A stretch of DNA of 60,987 nucleotides, counting the filler, from Globobulimina sp. (lineage: Eukaryota), in assembly GCA_003354225.1 (NCBI GenBank). It is 12 parts of 12 records of this genome, joined end to end, with 100 filler letters (N's around TTAATTAATTAA, not from the genome) between each part and the next. Parts side by side here need not be neighbours in the genome. Positions count along the whole stretch, not along the records: positions 35,667 to 40,655 come from PIVH01000790.1; positions 40,756 to 45,741 come from PIVH01000791.1; positions 45,842 to 50,824 come from PIVH01000792.1; 9 more parts are not named here. The stretch is one strand, 5' to 3'. Below are positions 35,667 to 48,110 of this stretch, piece after piece. Numbering within the stretch: position 1 is the first letter of the stretch; the number at the start of each line of letters is the position of its first letter. Position numbers and translations under genes: made by a program. The notes below the pieces were generated by a model. That model was not told the origin of the DNA and searched no databases. It saw only the letters and a program-made list of their open reading frames with translations.

Positions 35667-38600
35667 GATAAATGTGCATAAATTGAAAAAATACCCTTCC
35701 GCTTCATAGCGAGAACCAAACATTTTGCGTAGATGCATTGTACACATATCATAGGTATACTGTTCAATGTATTTATTAATATTTAATAAAACATCCAACT
35801 GTGATTCCTTCAACAATGACTCAATGAGATGTATCACTTTTAATTGTCCCGTAATGAATGATTCATTCAATAAAAACTCCTTTTTGTTATCAATCTTATC
35901 TTCAGCCATTTTCTCGATTTCACGCCGGATTCTACGAAAATAAGAGTCAATATACGGCGAAAATGGAAATAATACTTGGACATCCACATCGACATTAAAA
36001 CAGGTATTCAAACCACTATCCATAGTCATGGTGGAAGCCCGTCTGACTCGCGGATTGTTCTCCAATTCATGCCCTTCGACACTCCATATCCGATCTGTAG
36101 AATGTGTAGATGCAGACAATTGTGGTATGCCTTGGGGTACTTTGTCACTTTGCTGCTTGTTGTCATCTTGAATAATATTGGATTTCGCGCCAATTATATT
36201 TGATTGTTTCAACAAATTTAGCCATGTATCATTCATCCATAATTGATAATAATTTGCTGCGATTTTCTCGGTATTCGGTAGATATAATTTGGAGGAGCCA
36301 TAGTTTAACATTGCAAATAATACTTCAATAAACTCTGATTTCATGCGCGTCGAAATCTGTTTGATAATACATTGTCGAAAGGAGCCACGATCCAATAAAA
36401 TAGCCTTTCGTTCGGAGATATTGTTTAATTTTAGTAACATTTTCTTGATGGTATCAATCGGACCAGATTTAGACGACGATAATACATTTTGTACGCGAGA
36501 TATGATGGCTTGGGTCAATTCGTTCCCTGCTTTTCTTGTGATATTATTGCCATGAATGATCTGTTGCGTTTGTACACCGCTCACCATTTGCTTAATTCTA
36601 TCAATTTCTGGTCTCATTTGAAGGGGAAATCGGATGTGATTTAATGCCAATTCAAACGTAGAAATAATCACAGATTCCGCATGCCGATTGATTCGACTCT
36701 CAAACGTTTGCTTAAGAAAAGGAATATGCAGATTTAAATCAGTCACTTTAATCTCTGATGGCAGCAACGCATCGCAATAAATATGCTGCCATTCTAAATT
36801 AAATATCAATGGGAACTGTTGGGACTGAATATGCTGCGCATTGATGTTGGATGTATTATATTCAGCATGTGATTGTGGGTAACTATAATTATCTGAAATG
36901 GAGGAAAAATCGAGGCGCGACATGTATAATATAACTATAATTTGTTTATTTGGCACTGATTTCTTATTTTCATTTAAAGTTTGCACGGCGGAATGTTTTG
37001 CCTTTTCAATCAAATATTGTACGTGCAAATTATGTAAAAATTCATTGTTGTCATTGTTTGTACATTGAACTACTAATGTTTTGTCAGAATTATTTAATAA
37101 AAATGCATTTAATAAGGCTTCGAATTCCGAGGCGGACACAATTTCATTAATATTGACCAATACAATTTCTTTGGGTTTCCGGCTTTGTTTTGGTTTTTCT
37201 GGCAATGATATTGTATCAAAATCGTCGTCATCGTCATAGCCATCGATCATTGAAATCTGTGGCGTATTTTCTATGATGTGGATATTTTCCATATTTTCCA
37301 ATTCATATTCTAAGAAACGATTTTTTACTGTAAAATGTTTCTGAACATCCGATTTTTGATGAAAATGGTCATGCGTAGTGACTCGAATTAATGTCATTTT
37401 GCTTTCATTTGAATAAACTGCAGTTTTTTTTTGAAAATGATGAATTGCATCGACCAAGGAACTGAACGGAGTGGCTCGGTTAACAATTTTTAATCTATTT
37501 TTCAATGAAATATCGCGATGCGAAATAAAATGCCGTAAATAGCAATTTGTTAATAAAATAGCAATGCCATAATCAATAATGTTCTGATCATCTGCAGAGA
37601 ATCCATCATCATCGTATTTATTTTCCTGTTTTTCTTCTTGCAGCGTTTGCAGTGTTTGTTGTGATACAATATGCTGCGCATAAATCAGTGCAGAAGCAAA
37701 GGTCAACGTTGGTACATATCCAGCAAAGACAGAAAAATAATCAGAAATTTGTTTTGTACTTTGCAGTGCTTTTTGGATTTGTTTCTTAAATTCAATTAAT
37801 AATTCGTCCCAGTTTGAGCTGTGCGAACCTGATAAATTCTTAATGGAAACATATTGTTTCTCCAAACGATTCAAAAAAGCCACCGGAGTATGCTCATTGC
37901 TGTTAGCTGAGGTATGATGCGCCGATGTTATTGGAATGACGATAATAAATCTAAAGGATGGATGAATCTGTACTCGAATGGTTTCATTGCGAATGGAAAT
38001 ATTGCTAAACCTCTTCGTGTCTACTTTTAAATAGCGTTGATTTAAAACATCATACAACGAATCGTACAGTTCATCCAAATGTAACAATACCACCGTATGT
38101 CCTGAAGACATGGCATTTTTTATTTTTTCAATGTTTTGATGCAAATGTAATGAGGAATTCTTATCGTTTTTGAATTTGGAACCAAATATGACTCTCGATG
38201 TATTATGTTGTAATACATTCATATCATAAAGGTATTTCCAAGAAATTTCCGTATCTGAAAGGATTTATATATTATAAATGTAGAGATATAGTGATGTACA
38301 CTTACCTGTAATCAGCATAACATGTCGCATATCATAGCCCATATTATTAGAATTTATAAATTCAATTTGTTTCTGTGACTGAAGGATATTTTGTTTGATT
38401 AAATTAATGGGCGATAATTTCGGATCATTCCAGATCTTATCTTTCATAAATTTGCTGGATTTTAAATCCAACGTTGAAGACATGATTGGAAATAAAAAGG
38501 TATTAAATTGTGATTGTGTGAGGCCGCCGAAATTGCGAAATATTGCTTCGATAATCAATTCTAATATGTCCGTATTGGATTTCTCCGGGAAATAATTACA

Positions 38601-40655
38601 ACAAAATTTCAAATATCCTATCAAATGATAAAAATCTCGTGCTCCATAAAAATTAAATTGATCGCGAAACGTGGATTTGTTGGCTACTTTTTGCGCTTCG
38701 ATTAACTGTTTATAAAATTTCACTAATTTTTCTAAAATATTATTGATTTTGGGTACTGCGGCACCACCGGGACCCTGGTCGGCAATCACCTGCGCAGTCT
38801 TCATCAAATCATTTGGATCCTGATGTATCGGCATAACCTCATGCAACACGGCCCTGTTCATTTTGGCAGAATCCAATGACCAGTTTGACAAACCAATGAA
38901 AGATATTTCTGGATCTTCCAACAATTTATGCAACACTTTGAGTGGTTTTCTATTCGACTGTTCAGCCAAACCCATTTCATCGAGGAATAATACTTGATTT
39001 GGTATTTGAGGCGAACGTGCTCTCAATTTCTGCACTGACAATGCTTTCAAATATTTTGCTTTGATCATTTGTGGCGTGGTCAGTTTACTGCACTGGAAGT
39101 GGTTAACTTGGTAATCTTCGATACCTAATTTGCTCAATTTCCGCGACTTTGTAGCTTTATCTAAATTTGTTTCCAATGTAACCATTGCTAATGTCTTACT
39201 TGAACCGGGACGTCCAACTGACGTAAAATATAATTGATTTGTTGTATTAATAATAATATAATAACATACCTACGATGGTGGGTGTATTGGTAACAATACC
39301 TACTAACATGACAAAGATATTCTCTTTGAATGCTCTGTTTTTAGCAATGCCGATTGGAATATCCAAATCGTCGATATATCGTTTCTGTCCTTGATCCACT
39401 GTATGCGCGAAATAATTACTTATGGTGGTAACGATGGATGGCACATTGGATAATTCGCGATTGATAAATGTATCGTATTTCCTTCGGAATTCAAAAGTTA
39501 ATCGATAATAATAACACTGTGCTAAGGCCATAATCATCGAATGCAATATCCGATTTCTTGGATATTTTAACCATTGCTTTTTGTATTGATTATAAAAGAA
39601 AACAAAGAATTTATTTGCTCTTTGAACATCACGCAATGAGCATATGGATACATCAGACATCCATTTACGTAGATTTTGTTGTGACTGATCAATCAAAGAG
39701 GCAAAAAAAGGTCGAAATTCATCAAATATCGGACCTACGTGTTTCCTATAATTCCTATTCCGATTTGAGGCCAATAAAGGATTCCAATGATTGGCTGTAA
39801 TCACTGCAATATATTGCTTCTCATCGATGGGATTAATATAACCAAAATTCCACACAAAATATTTCATGGACGGTGGTAACGGATACACAGTATATACTAA
39901 CTTAGACATATCGCGCTCAAATTCATTTTTATAAAATGTTTTATTATTTTGTTTGTCTTGATTTTCCTGCAATCTTTTTTCTTCCGTTTTCTTTCGTCGT
40001 CGATACGGATTCAGAGCTCCAATGGTTATTAAATTTTCAGGCAAATGCTCCCCTTTAAAGCAATGATCGCATATTATCTCTTTAAATGACGCGATCTCTT
40101 CCGACGTATTGATTTCATCCAGGAACAATAATACCGTATTCTGCCGATTATTCAGTGCGTGCGCTGATGCTTTGCCCATATCTCGCGACAAGTCCTCAAT
40201 ATTGTAGCCACCGTGGACATCCACAGAAATCATATCTAAATTCAGCACATTGGCCATATATTCCAATAACTTTGTTTTGCCGCAACCAGTCTCACCCTGA
40301 ACAGCAAAATTATATAAAATAAAAAAAGCAATATACAAAATTATAAACACATACCATTATCAGTACCGGCACACCAGATTTAACCCGGAAAAATATAGCA
40401 ACGATCTTCAAGATATTATCAAAGGTCAAGGCATAATCTTTATTTTTTTCATACAAATCCTCCACTAATTTCGCCCGCGCATTTTCATCACGAATGGGCA
40501 CCATTTTTTTATCCCATTTATCAAACTCTTTGTACCCACCGCATAATTTCAATATCAATCTCAATTTAATTTTTTGCTTTTCTTGCGAGTCTGCCTCCAA
40601 CTTTCCTCTCTGTACATTTTGTCGTCGAATTTCATCCTCTTTTCTGAAATTATAT
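35667..40655 (-). CDS. RNF213: RNF213/mysterin-like tandem AAA+ ATPase, internal fragment; introns 40297-40354, 39218-39269, 38255-38305
   Basis: After splicing: PVLIM-GETGCGKT, LFLDEINT, GALNPYR, LVYTVYPLPPSM, SLRDVQR, VVGRPGSSKTLA, LFLDEMGLAE..PLKVLHKLLE, FIGLSNWSLDSAKMNRA, GARDFYHL, LYDSLYDVLNQ, FLNRLEKQ. Confidence 0.88.
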
Positions 40656-40755
40656 NNNNNNNNNNNNNNNNNNNNNNNNNNNNNNNNNNNNNNNNNNNNT
40701 TAATTAATTAANNNNNNNNNNNNNNNNNNNNNNNNNNNNNNNNNNNNNNNNNNNN

Positions 40756-40898
40756 ATAAAAATCAATTGCAAGCTAAAAATGATATTGTTGATACTGACA
40801 TGAATGCAGCGCGATCATTAAATGTTTTGTCTCAGCATGGATTTTATTCGCGGCAAAGTATAAATGGCATTTATGAATTAAAACAGTATTTGCAGTGA
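40756..40898 (+). CDS. 3' end of a hypothetical gene
   Basis: Open frame IKNQLQAKNDIVDTDMNAARSLNVLSQHGFYSRQSINGIYELKQYLQ*. Confidence 0.4.
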
Positions 40899-41249
40899 TA
40901 GCTTATCGTTAACCTCTTTTTGTTTTGGTTTTTCATGTTTTTGTGTAAAATAAGTGCGATCGATCATTTACCAACATTAATTGTAGTATTTTAATTTACC
41001 AACATTTTCTTTTTGTAATTTGGGTTGTTTTGTCTGTATAAAATTATATTTTTGTTATACTTGTGTAAACCAACAGAGTTCATTTCAAAAAGGTAAATCT
41101 GAAGCTAAGCCTTTTTGGATTGCCCAACAACTTCGGCTAGAAAAATAAAAAACATTGTTCACAAATCACAACATTCAAACATTGACAAAAACATTTTTAA
41201 TTTATAATTAAACACATAAAATTAAGAAAAAACTCAACCACCTCTTTGT

Positions 41250-41870
41250 TTAATGGTAATAGTTTCCACGATGATGGTTTCCATGATGATGATGGCTATC
41301 CGTTCCATGGTGATGGCTATCCATTGCATGGTGATGATGATCTCCATGATGGTCTCCATGATGTCTTCCATGATAATGTCCTCCGTTTTCATCCGTTTGT
41401 TGAATATATGGTGTGCCATCATATTGGTCCTCAGAAAAAGACTCAAATTGATCATAAACATTCATTTTTGCATTTAATGATACATTACATTGTGATTGAC
41501 AGCTTATGGCATCACAGGGAATACCATCACACATCATATTTAAACAAATATCACTACAAAATGTATATTCATCCAATTCTACAATCATTTCATTTTCTGG
41601 ACTTAATAACCACAATGAAACAAATGCTGTCTATATATAAAATTAACATATATTTATCACATATATTGCGATTTTGCGTATGGTAAATATATATTAACTC
41701 GCGATGATATCTGTAACAGCATCAACATATTAACAATCAATAAAAATGTAATACAACAGCATGCTCTGCGTGTTTTATGTCGAAATCTTTGCTTTTGTTC
41801 TGTTGTTTTATTACAATGACATATGGGTAGCCGGTAGCATACTGTTCAGATATATACCTTTTGTATACAT
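41250..41870 (-). CDS. Small membrane-anchored protein with 6-Cys domain and His-rich C-terminus; introns 41800-41857, 41631-41698
   Basis: Spliced model MYTKEQKQRFRHKTRRACCCITFLLIVNMLMLLQISSRTAFVSLW...CSDICLNMMCDGIPCDAISCQSQC...HHGDHHGDHHHH. Confidence 0.6.
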
Positions 41871-41970
41871 ATTCAGCTGTATAAGCTACGATAGCTACAA
41901 AGGGGCAATGTCAGGACTCAGGACTGCTTCAGTTTTTTTTCGCAAATATTTTAACATTAAATTTATAATC

Positions 41971-43177
41971 ATGGCATCCGCAACACTGAAACCCCAAAGT
42001 GTACAAATTGAGCCAAAAAATAGGTCGTTGTTGGTGGAATTTCTGCTTGGTGGTGTATCAACATCATGTGCCTGTTTATTCAGTAATCCTTTTGAAGGTA
42101 AAATTGCAATTATTTATTCATTGAAATTTAAAAAATATGACTTAATTTGTCAATGAAAAACATAAGCAAAGTGATCAAGACTAGAATGCAAGTTCAAGGA
42201 GAACAAGGAGCGCAAATCCGTGCATTCCGCAATTCATTGCATGCATTTTATACAATTTGCAGAAATGAAGGAATATATGGCATTCAACGAGGATTACTGC
42301 CCGCCATTGGCTATCAGCTGTGTATGAATGGCACACGTTTGGGCTCATACGGTCCCATCAAAAGACTGATTGGCGCCACACCCGACAGCTCATTCTTTAT
42401 ATTGCGGACAGTAGCAGCTGGTGCAATATCTGGTGGTTTATCCGCCTTTATTGGCTCACCATTTTTTTTAATTAAAGTCCGATTACAAACACAAGCCTCG
42501 GGGCAAACTGTTGCTGTTGGCACACAACATGGTTATAACCAAATGTCTTTCGGTCAGGTTCTGAAATCTATCATAAACGAAGAAGGCATGAAAGGACTGT
42601 ATCGCGGAGTAACCAGTGGAATGTTGAGGGTCAGTGTTGGCAGTGCAGCGCAATTAAGGTATCTATGGAATTATTTCTATGTACGATATATTGTATTTAA
42701 TTTAAACAGTAAATCCAAATAGTTTTTGACATGAAAACACGGTTCAAAATGGTCTCTGACGCTGCAAAATTAATTGTACTGTACTCAAACTATTTGGATT
42801 TTGTGTTATGATTATTTTAATTTGGCAATTTAATTACTGTCAGTTCGTATGATGCCATACGGAGAGAATTGTCAAAGTATGAGTACTTACGGAAACATGA
42901 ATTTGTATCGCGATGTGTAAGTGCATTTGTTGCGGGTTTTGTTGTGGTTACAGCAATGAACCCATTTGATGTGGTTGCCACAAGAATGTATAATCAAAAT
43001 GTTGGTGAAAGATATCGCGGAAACACTGATTGTTTACTACAGATTTTAAAGAAAGAGGGACCATCGGGATTTTTAAAGGGTTGGGTTGCTCACTATGCGC
43101 GATTAGGACCACACACTATTTTAACTTTTGTATTTTGGGAACAAGCCAAAATTATTGCTTCCAACTATGGATATTAA
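41971..43177 (+). CDS. SLC25A35: Mitochondrial carrier, OAC1/SLC25A34-35 type; introns 42098-42171, 42659-42843
   Basis: NPFEVIKTRMQVQGE, GYQLCMNGTRLGSY, GSPFFLIKVRLQ, RVSVGSAAQLSSY, NPFDVVATRMYNQ, YARLGPHTILTFVFWEQ. Confidence 0.88.
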
Positions 43178-43702
43178 TGATAATATTTAATTGTTAATCA
43201 ACTGAGAAGTGTTCATCAATGTAACGTTTGCATTGGGTTTGCAAGCTGTTTTTCTAGTGTCACAGTTTATTTTCTGTGGCAAAAAAGTGTTTCTTCAAAA
43301 CTATAATTTTATTGTTTAAACTCATCGCTCAGTCACTGGCCATAACAAATATACCAAGGCAAAGTGCACCACATTACTTAAACATAACGTGATTATCATT
43401 CGTCAAAAGAAAAACAAAAAATTATTAGGATCGGAAATACGGAAAAACAGAATTAAAAGCAAAAAAAACAAAAAATAAAGTTAATGTAAATTCAACGATC
43501 AGATTTAAAGATAGGACAAATTCGTTAATATTACCTATATATTCGTGCATTCTATTGCCGGATCTTAATACTATATCACATATTTGTATTACTCCCATCA
43601 ACATAACATATACATTATTCACATTGATTACACAATTAAAATAATACCCTAGCAGCATTTTTTCAAACTTGATATTTTTTTTGTTATTTACAATATATCG
43701 CC

Positions 43703-45162
43703 TTAACCTAATAGGCCATAATTATTGTACCCCCAACATTTGAGTATGTATGAGTTGTCATCAATGTATGACAACCTATTCACAGCACAGTACAGCACAG
43801 CATCTGCAGATCAAAAGTGAAACAACGAGTGCGAACATGGAAAACAAGTTGGATGTTAATTACAATTATTATTTATAGTACGACTGTACTGCACGGCACG
43901 GATCAAAGTTGCACATACATGCAATTAGTTACATTCATTGCATATTTCTCATTTATTTGGATCAAATCGTCTCCATTCCACCCATTCAACAATATTCTTC
44001 TTTCCTCATCTACGAATTTTTGTTGCTTGACATGCAAATGCTGTCCCATATGACCGACGTAGCCATTATAAAATAGAGTAGCAGCCATAGTGAAATATCT
44101 ATTCCTGTACTTACAGGCAACACAATGCTCCATTGAGCCTTGATTGGGGTTATCATAAAACTCCTTTATACAATTCTTTATAGACCCTCTCAAATATTTT
44201 ATTCTGCTCAATCCAGGATTAGCACTCCAATGATGAAAACAAACCTCGCTACCAAAGCTATACAAGAAATATTTTAAATGTTTATGATATCCTTCATATG
44301 TCACATTGTACCATTTTCCAATATCTTTCGCAAAGTATCTTCCACCACAAAAATGATCCAGTTTGAGATACGGCGAATGTATTTGATAATTTCTTAACGG
44401 ATGCAATTATAACAAAACATATTTCGGATTTTCAGAGGTTTCGAGAAATACTATATCCAAAGTCTAAACTTCTCAAAATCAAATATTTTTGTTCTCGTTT
44501 ACCTTAAACCGACCATTGAAATGCGCTGTTGTTTCATTTTATTTCCATTAATGTTATGATTAGTTTTTAAAATCGCTAACGAATCTTCGATGAAACCATA
44601 TCTATAAAACTTCCAATCTTTTGTTTTTTCGTTTTTCTCACAAGAACGCAATATGGAAATATAAACAAACCAAACACGAACCGTCTTCGGTTTGAAAAAT
44701 GTATGTTGCGCCGTTACTGTATTTTGTGATTGCATCGTAAATTGATAATATTGTCCGTACATCGACCTTTTCATAAGTGCTATTCCGCGGTGTTGTGGTT
44801 GTAAAAAATTCATAGCCATATTGAGAATATTTTATTTCCATCTGATTGAGTCCAATTATGTCATTGCAGTCATCCATTACTATTTTTCTTTGTAAGCATT
44901 TAAATGTATTGTATTGTTCGAATGAATCAATTGTTTGTGATAATTCATGCCATCTGCCACAACTTATAATCACCAGAATTATGCTATCATTGTACAAACA
45001 TGAATGCTGTTCAATTATTTGATTTATTTCATTTGGTTGGATTTCATCCAGAGAAGTTGTGTGCTGCTCAGTAATGTATACGTTGTATAGTATAAATATC
45101 ATCAATTGATAGATAATTAGTAATAACAACCAGTGTTGGCAATTTTTCCTTTTCTTGGACAT
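43703..45162 (-). CDS. Type II membrane GT-A-fold glycosyltransferase-like protein; introns 44619-44681, 44393-44502, 43776-43918
   Basis: N-terminal signal anchor, ISCGRWHELSQTIDSF, IVMDD, spliced YIFQTEDDWKF, WSANPGLSR, YVGHMG. Confidence 0.75.
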
Positions 45163-45364
45163 CTTGCCGGCTAGAAAACTTTCGTAAGTCTGTTAGTTAT
45201 CTCAGTACAAAACTACTTTAGATTTCTATGAATTCTGCAGCTGACCACAAATGCGACAATTTATTGTTTTCGATTTTAGAAATAAAATTTATACAAAAGA
45301 AAGAAAAACTGAAAAGTAAATATATACAAAACACGTAAACAAAAATAAAAAATAAATGAAAGTG

Positions 45365-45741
45365 TTATATGATTGACACATCTTCATTATCAGTGACAAT
45401 CGCTCCATAAAAACATTCATTAGCACCGTTTAATTGATTTAATAGTTTTGCTTTGCCTCTATAATGTAATACACCAAACACAATAAAAGTAACAAATATT
45501 GCAAACCCAATTACACCGCCAATATAGTAATACAATTGTGTACTGCTAGAATTTGATTTTACATTATCAGGTGGTGGCATATTAGATGCTGCATTATCAG
45601 GAGAGATGTTGTTATTCTTTGTGAACCCAAAAATTGTAGTTTGTAGCGGAATGCTGTGAAATGTATACAAATGGTTTTAACTTCGAGTTCCGAAACATAC
45701 TGTTTCTTTAATATATAATCTTACGTCTTAACTCTGAATCT
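45365..45741 (-). CDS. C-terminal part of a single-pass membrane protein
   Basis: YYYIGGVIGFAIFVTFIVFGVL followed by basic residues. Confidence 0.5.
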
Positions 45742-46097
45742 NNNNNNNNNNNNNNNNNNNNNNNNNNNNNNNNNNNNNNNNNNNNTTAATTAATTAANNN
45801 NNNNNNNNNNNNNNNNNNNNNNNNNNNNNNNNNNNNNNNNNTAATTATTTTTAAAAATCTAGAGGGAACACATAATACTATTAATCAGAATGCACAGCTA
45901 CCAATGTGTCTGTCAGATGATCTGTATCAATCCTACCACCAATGAATCAAGATTTAATTTGCGTGGACGATTGGTGATAGTGATGGATATCCCAGCATTT
46001 CAACCAAATTATGGTTCAAAATGACGAAGGCATTGTTTAAATACTTCAAAGTGTTTGTTTCTAACAGATTGGCAAATGGCAACTGTCAATGTCATAA

Positions 46098-46703
46098 TCA
46101 CTCTTTTTTCGGTTTCTTTTGCTTTTCCATTTGTAGTCGTTTATGTTTATTCCGATAATGTTGTTTAAATTCATGTGTTTTTACTTTAATAACTAATTGT
46201 GATGCATTGTATAGTCCTAATATTAGCGCAATTAATGAAATTAAACATAATGGCAGTGATAATATGACAGTGATAAATAAGCCCGATCTATCAAAATAAT
46301 TTTGATTTGAAAATGTTTCCCAATTATTAAAACACCATTCGTTTATGTATTGAGCACATGATACGATAATAACTGTTTGTTTTAATTAAATGATGAGTAA
46401 AAACAAATGTTCAACACATCATTTACGCTTAACATGTCACAATAAACAGTACAGATTGTACTGCCCAATTTTGTTGAGTATAAATTGTGAATCCAAGAAG
46501 TAATAATTCAAACAATAGCAATGATAGCAACCAGTACTCTGTTCATAATATAACTTATATTTTAGGTATTATTAGACATAAAATGAGATCTAAATACCTG
46601 CCCAGTCAACTGCATTTAGGAATGCATTGGTGTGATCCCAAAATGTCATATCTTTCTGCAAATTCAGCACAATTCGCCTAGCCCAATCTTGGATACTACT
46701 CAT
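46098..46703 (-). CDS. TMEM18: Transmembrane protein 18 homolog (not in the ORF track); introns 46539-46597, 46373-46433
   Basis: Spliced product ...FLNAVDWAEYWLLSLLLF...IVSCAQYINEWCFNNWETFSNQNYFDRSGLFITVILSLPL...KVK plus basic tail, matching TMEM18 hallmarks DW.EPW, CAEYINE, NW..FS..QYFD..G.FI. Confidence 0.85.
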
Positions 46704-47129
46704 ATCTTTTTGATAACTTGAGTCAGGCTGCATTATGTTTTTGCTTGTTTTTTTATTTAACTTTTTTAATTTAACATCTTCTCAAGTCATCATGGCACAG
46801 TCCTAACCTCGGCCAAAGCAATAAACAATACCAACGAGGCAACAAAGCAATGAAACAATTACAACGGTGCTAAGCAATGAACAATACCATCCGTGCAACA
46901 ATGAGCAACTCCACGGTCTTTGACGTGATGGAGGATAGTGGGGCATGAAGGAGTCGTCACGACGGGATAAAGTTATGTTGCATGTACATGTCCTACCCAG
47001 CTTTTGTCTGTTTTTCTTTATGATGAGTGTGGCAGTTATGTCACTTATGTGCTATGACTGGCGCACCGGTTTAGTTTATCACAGTGAATATGTTATATGT
47101 TGTCTTTACAGTTGTCTTTTGGTCACAAA

Positions 47130-47846
47130 TTATTTTTCTTGTTGATTTTTGTCTTGTTGATCTTCAAATAAATTAACAATATTCTTGTGATCAGACATTT
47201 GCTTCGGTGTTTTGCTTTTTTCGTTTTCAATATCAATTGTTGCACCATTTGCTTTCAACAAATTTATAATTTTCGCATAGCCGCAACAAGCAGCAAAATG
47301 CAATGCTGTATTTCCATGTTGATCTTGGGTGTTAATGTCTGCTCCATTACTCAGTAAATATTCGATCAAATTTTCTTTTCCATATAATACTCCGAACGAA
47401 AGAGCTGTTCCTTTGTTGTTATTCGTATGATGTATATCCATTCCTTTGTTGATTAACAATTCTGCGATTTGAAAACTGCCATTCATTGAAGCATATATCA
47501 ATGCATTATTTCCATTGATGTCAGTCGCAGTTAAATCTAGATCTTTTTCACTTTCTAATAATAACTGAGTTGTCGAAAGATAACCATTTTGACACGAAAA
47601 TAACAGTGCAGTCATATTACGATTACCTTTGATATTCAAATCTGCTCCTTTAGATAACAATAATTTGATTATTTCGTCATTTCCTGTTTTGGCTGCAATC
47701 ATTAGCAAAGAATAAGCATCTTGGTCTAATCCATCAATATTGAATTTGGCAGGTTGGTTATTCAATATTTTCTCCAATTCGTCAACCAATCCCAATTCAC
47801 AGGCTTCAAACACATTAAGCGGCGTTGATTTGATCTCTTCAGCCAT
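47130..47846 (-). CDS. Ankyrin-repeat protein (about 6 repeats)
   Basis: LLLSKGADLN, GNNALIYAS, LLSNGADINTQDQHGNTALHFAA. Confidence 0.92.
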   Translation of the reverse strand: MAEEIKSTPLNVFEACELGLVDELEKILNNQPAKFNIDGLDQDAYSLLMIAAKTGNDEIIKLLLSKGADLNIKGNRNMTALLFSCQNGYLSTTQLLLESEKDLDLTATDINGNNALIYASMNGSFQIAELLINKGMDIHHTNNNKGTALSFGVLYGKENLIEYLLSNGADINTQDQHGNTALHFAACCGYAKIINLLKANGATIDIENEKSKTPKQMSDHKNIVNLFEDQQDKNQQEK

Positions 47847-48110
47847 TTTCTGATAAAAAAATTAGTTTTTTCTCTCACTCACTAGACTTCTGAGCAACAC
47901 TTTTTTTTTCTACAATAACAAAAAAAAATAGTATAATATCCTTGCACTCATGATTCAAAACTCATAATTACCAAAAGCGAAAACCACACATAAAGTTTCA
48001 AATGCATCATTTAAATTTATCACATAAAAAATAAGCAAAAAAAAAATTTAACGAAAAAAAAACCAAGATATGAATTATTCAATCTATTATATACTTTGTA
48101 CAGTTTGTGT

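Noticed and set aside
46801-46810. CCTAACCT as a telomerase RNA template
   Set aside because: Eight bases are expected by chance and no other support is visible.
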